Shown here piece by piece: positions 60,516 to 64,000 of a DNA stretch of 64,000 nt (positions are counted from its first letter, which is position 1; every line of letters starts with the position of its first letter). Location of the stretch: assembly GCA_963662615.2 (NCBI GenBank), contig CAXXSR010000002.1:352001-416000 (forward strand). The letters are read 5' to 3'. Under the pieces are notes generated by a model. That model made no database searches and was not told the DNA's origin. It saw only the letters and a list, made by a program, of their open reading frames with translations. Made by a program: the position numbers and the translations under genes. Source of the stretch: Dehalococcoidia bacterium. GTDB taxonomy: Bacteria; Chloroflexota; Dehalococcoidia; Bin125.

Positions 60516-61319
60516 ATGTCGCAACTTGAACCGGAGCCCCCCACGCTGGCGCCCGCCGGCGCCGGCCGGCGCGCGCTGGAGCGGCTGCCGCGGCCGCATG
60601 TCGCGGCGTTCGCCGTGGAGGTGGCGGTGGTCGCGGCGGGCGCGCTGATCTATTTCCTCGTCCGCGGTGCGGTGGTCGATCGCGCGGCCGAAGCCGTGGC
60701 GCGGGCGCAGGGCTTGATGGAGATCGAGCGGGCGCTGGGCCTGTTTTGGGAGCCCGCCTTACACGAGTGGGCGCTGTCCTCCCGCTTCCTGACGGAGCTG
60801 ATGAACGGGTTCTACTTTTGGCTGCACATGCCGCTCATCGTCGTCGCAGCCGTGACGCTGTTCTGGCGACGGCGGCCGCTCTACGTGTTCACGCGCAACG
60901 CCTTTCTCGTCTCGGCGCTGGCGGCGCTGGCCATGTACTATGCGTTGCCGTTGGCGCCACCGCGCTTCTTCCCCGAGCTGGGGTTCGTGGACACTCTGGC
61001 CCTCTACGGTGGTGGCTACCAGGCGGAGGAGGCCGGCCCCTTCGTCAACTCGTACGCAGCGCTGCCCAGCCTGCATTTCGGCTGGGCCTTGTTGATCGGA
61101 CTCGCCGTGTGGCGCGCGCGACCCCGTGGGCGCGCCGGCGCGGCGCTGGCGGGCGGGGTGGCGCTGCTGCTGCCGTCGCTGCAGTTCTTCGCGGTGGTAA
61201 TGACGGCCAACCATTTCGTCCTGGACGTCGCGGCGGGGGCGGCGCTTGCGGCGGTGGGGGCGGCCGTGGCTTTCTGGTGGCAGGGGCGCGACCGTCCCTC
61301 ATGGGGCGGGCGGCCGTGA
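60516..61319 (+). CDS. PAP2-superfamily (AUR1/IPC-synthase-like) membrane protein
   Basis: P.APPRF, N.YAALPSLH.GW, TANHF.LD. Confidence 0.85.
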   Translation: MSQLEPEPPTLAPAGAGRRALERLPRPHVAAFAVEVAVVAAGALIYFLVRGAVVDRAAEAVARAQGLMEIERALGLFWEPALHEWALSSRFLTELMNGFYFWLHMPLIVVAAVTLFWRRRPLYVFTRNAFLVSALAALAMYYALPLAPPRFFPELGFVDTLALYGGGYQAEEAGPFVNSYAALPSLHFGWALLIGLAVWRARPRGRAGAALAGGVALLLPSLQFFAVVMTANHFVLDVAAGAALAAVGAAVAFWWQGRDRPSWGGRP

Positions 61320-61338
61320 GATTGGGAGAGGAGCAGCG

Positions 61339-61653
61339 ATGATCCTTGCGACGAGCGACACCGTCCCGGGACGGGAGATCGGGGAGACGCTGGGGCTGGT
61401 GACGGCTAACGCCGTCCGCGGTCGGCACATTGGCCACGACGCGCTGGCGGCCCTGAAGACCCTCGTGGGCGGTGAGATCGGCCGCTACCGCCAATTGCTC
61501 ACCGAATCGCGCAGGGAAGCGCTTCAGCGGATGGAGGAGGAGGCCGAGGCAATGGGCGCGGACGCCGTGGTGGCGCTGCGCCTGACGACGTCGCCGGTGA
61601 TAGGGGGAGCGTCCGAGATCCTGGCCTACGGGACCGCTGTCAAATTCCGCTAG
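61339..61653 (+). CDS. YbjQ/UPF0145 family protein
   Basis: MILAT...PG.EI...LGLV...VGGE...Y...L...R.EA..RM...A...GADAVV...EILAYGTAV. Confidence 0.93.
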   Translation: MILATSDTVPGREIGETLGLVTANAVRGRHIGHDALAALKTLVGGEIGRYRQLLTESRREALQRMEEEAEAMGADAVVALRLTTSPVIGGASEILAYGTAVKFR

Positions 61654-61758
61654 TTCGCCTGGGCTGCGCGGCGCGGATCGGCGTGGCCGCAACCCGGCTC
61701 CCCGGCGGCAGCTCCTGGGGGCGCGCCTCTCTTCGCGTTGTTCGGCCCCGCGGGCGTG

Positions 61759-61767
61759 TGCTACGAT
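61759..61767 (+). promoter_or_regulatory. Extended -10 promoter of rpsO
   Basis: TG-C-TACGAT about 110 nt upstream of rpsO. Confidence 0.5.
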
Positions 61768-61878
61768 CGCGGCAGGCGTTAGAGAGATGGAGCGCGGGCC
61801 GGCGGCCGTGCAGCGACCGCCCTCTAACCGCGAAGCGGCTGCGATAAGAAGAGAACACGCGGCCCGCCCCAGGACTGA

Positions 61879-62145
61879 ATGCTCACCCAGGCCGACAAAG
61901 CCGCCATCGCCACGGATTACCGCGTCCACGAGACCGACACGGGCTCGTCCGAGGTGCAGGTGGCGATGCTCACGGAGCGCATCAAGCGGCTCACGGATCA
62001 CCTGCGCGAGCACAAGCACGACTACAGCACACGCCGCGCTCTGATGATGCTGGTCGGTCGCCGTCGCCGCCTCTTGGGGTATTTGAACCGGACCGACGTG
62101 ACGCGCTATCGCACGCTCATCGGCCGACTCGGCCTCCGCAGGTAG
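61879..62145 (+). CDS. rpsO: 30S ribosomal protein S15
   Basis: [25 protein letters not shown]...VG.RRRLL.YL...LGLRR. Confidence 0.98.
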   Translation: MLTQADKAAIATDYRVHETDTGSSEVQVAMLTERIKRLTDHLREHKHDYSTRRALMMLVGRRRRLLGYLNRTDVTRYRTLIGRLGLRR

Positions 62146-62448
62146 CGGGGGCCCGTCCGGTTAATGGGGCCGTCGTGCCCAGGTGGCAACAGGTCGCACA
62201 GAGGCGCTGAAGCGACGGCGGCATGCGTGGCGAAGCGGAGAGCGGAGTCCTCCCCAGCGGGCGGGGTGGCGCGGAGGAGTCGGCACGCGGACAGTGGCCG
62301 GCGCTGCGCCTGGGCGAGTTGCTAGTCGCGGACGCGGCGGCCTCAAGCCTCGGGGCGCTGCCGGCGCTGAGCACCTTTGTGGATTCGTGGCGGCCCGACG
62401 CGAGCACCGGTGTGTGCCCCGGGTGAGCCCAAGGCAGAGAGGGATCTA

Positions 62449-64000
62449 TTGACGCACCGATACGAAGTGGAACTCGCCGGCCGTCCCCTGATCATCGAGA
62501 CGGGGGATCTGGCGCAGCAGGCCGGGGGCGCCGTCACGCTCCGCTACGGCGACAGCATGCTGCTGGGGACCGTGACGGCCAGCACGCCGCGGAAGGGCAT
62601 TGACTTCTTCCCGCTCACGGTCGAATTCGAAGAGCGCCATTACGCCACCGGGCGCATTCCGGGCTCATTCTTCCGCCGTGAAGGGCGCCCAACGACGACC
62701 GCCGTCCTTTCCGCCCGGCTCACGGACCGGCCCCTGCGCCCCCTGTTTCCGAGCGGCTACAAGGACGAGACGCAGATCGTGATCACGATCTTGTCGGTGG
62801 ACATGGAGAACCCCCCGGACACCCTGGGCACGATCGCCGCCAGCGCGGCGCTCACGATCTCCGACGTACCGTTCTTGGGCCCGGTGGCGTCCGTCCGCGT
62901 TGGGCGAGTGAACGACGAGTTGGTGCTGCAACCGACCTTTAGCCAGCTGGCCGAGAGCGACTTGGATCTCGTCGTCTCCGGCACCAAAGACGCCATCATG
63001 ATGGTGGAAGCGGAGGCCCAAGAGGTCCCGGAGCAACTGCTGGTGGATGCCATGGCGCTGGGCCAGGAGGCGATCGCGCAGATTGTGGCGCTGCAAGAGC
63101 AGATGCAGGCGGAGGTGGGACGGGAGAAGCGCTCCTACACGGCCGCCGAGGTCTCCGGCGAGGCGCTGGCCCGCGTGGAGGCGGCGGTGGGCAGCGAGCT
63201 GGCCGCGGTCCTGACCCCTTCGTCCGAGATCAGCAAGGCCGAGCGCGACAACCGGCGCAACGATCTGCAGGCGCGGATCCTGGACGGGCTGGACGACGAG
63301 ACGGAGAGCGGCGAGCTGGCGGAGGCGTTCGCCGAGTTGGAAAAGCGCATCGTGCGGAGCAACATTCTGGAGCGTGGGCAGCGGCCCGACGGCCGTTCGC
63401 TCAAGGATCTCCGCGCGCTCAGGGCCGAGGTGGGGATGGTGCCCCGCACTCACGGCTCCGGCCTCTTTCAGCGAGGCGAGACGCAGGTGCTGTCGCTGAC
63501 CACGCTCGCCGGGACCGGCATGGCGCAGCGCCTGGACGACCTCTCACCGGCGAGCAGCAAGCGCTTCATGCACCACTACAACTTCCCGCCCTACTCGGTG
63601 GGCGAGACCGGGCGCATTGGTTCCACCAACCGGCGCGAGGTCGGGCACGGCATGCTGGGCGAGCGAGCCATGAGCTCGATCCTGCCCGAATTCGACGATT
63701 TCCCCTACACCATCCGCATCGTCTCGGAGGTGCTCTCGTCCAACGGCAGCACCTCCATGGCTAGCGTCTGCGCCGCCATCCTCTCCATGATGGACGCCGG
63801 CGTGCCGATGAAGACGCCGATCGCCGGTGCGGCGATGGGCCTGATCAAGGGCGAGGACAAATACGCCGTCCTGACGGACATCGCCGGCCTCGAGGATCAC
63901 CTGGGCGACATGGATTTCAAGGTCGCCGGGAGCCGCGTCGGCGTCACCGCTCTGCAGATGGACATCAAGGTCAAGGGCATCACCCTGGAGATCATCAGCG
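62449..64000 (+). CDS. pnp: Polyribonucleotide nucleotidyltransferase (5' part, runs off window)
   Basis: Manual translation from TTG 62449: GRPLIIETG.LA.QA.G, DFFPLTV, GRIPGSFFRREGRP, RLTDRPLRPLF, HGSGLFQRGETQ, HHYNFPPYSVGE, RRE.GHG, SNGSTSMAS, GDMDFKVAG. Confidence 0.97.
   Translation, partial: MTHRYEVELAGRPLIIETGDLAQQAGGAVTLRYGDSMLLGTVTASTPRKGIDFFPLTVEFEERHYATGRIPGSFFRREGRPTTTAVLSARLTDRPLRPLFPSGYKDETQIVITILSVDMENPPDTLGTIAASAALTISDVPFLGPVASVRVGRVNDELVLQPTFSQLAESDLDLVVSGTKDAIMMVEAEAQEVPEQLLVDAMALGQEAIAQIVALQEQMQAEVGREKRSYTAAEVSGEALARVEAAVGSELAAVLTPSSEISKAERDNRRNDLQARILDGLDDETESGELAEAFAELEKRIVRSNILERGQRPDGRSLKDLRALRAEVGMVPRTHGSGLFQRGETQVLSLTTLAGTGMAQRLDDLSPASSKRFMHHYNFPPYSVGETGRIGSTNRREVGHGMLGERAMSSILPEFDDFPYTIRIVSEVLSSNGSTSMASVCAAILSMMDAGVPMKTPIAGAAMGLIKGEDKYAVLTDIAGLEDHLGDMDFKVAGSRVGVTALQMDIKVKGITLEIIS

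Noticed and set aside
62183-62452. Short ORFs between rpsO and pnp
   Set aside because: Arg/Gly/Ala-rich low-information translations with no supporting motifs; probably untranslated.

Overview
High-GC bacterial chromosome segment spanning the replication origin. The order dnaA-oriC-obgE-nadD...gyrB and the rplI-dnaB-dnaD-like-tandem DnaC-like block point to Chloroflexota, class Dehalococcoidia (inferred from gene order). Most content is housekeeping: replication, purine, folate and CoA synthesis, glyA, rpsF/rplI/rpsO, pnp. Three accessory modules stand out: a b6-type Rieske/cytochrome b operon with a di-haem cytochrome c, a cupredoxin and an unannotated 39-aa membrane peptide; an Rrf2-headed ubiquitin-like sulfur-relay cysteine operon (CysK, Ubl-E1 fusion, CysO, CysM, rhodanese, JAMM protease); and a molybdate/XdhC cluster. 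There are also peptidoglycan-related genes (MurT/GatD, lytic transglycosylase, M23 peptidase). Direct reading found features missing from the ORF track: the rpsF 5' end, pnp, two paralogous desulforedoxin-like microproteins, the qcr peptide, joined relics of cysH and sulfite reductase, a glyoxalase relic, an in-frame TGA in the rhodanese, two genes frameshifted by exact short tandem duplications, and a probable ATC start codon. No tRNA, rRNA, CRISPR array or intact mobile element was recognised. All family calls come from motif recognition, not database searches.
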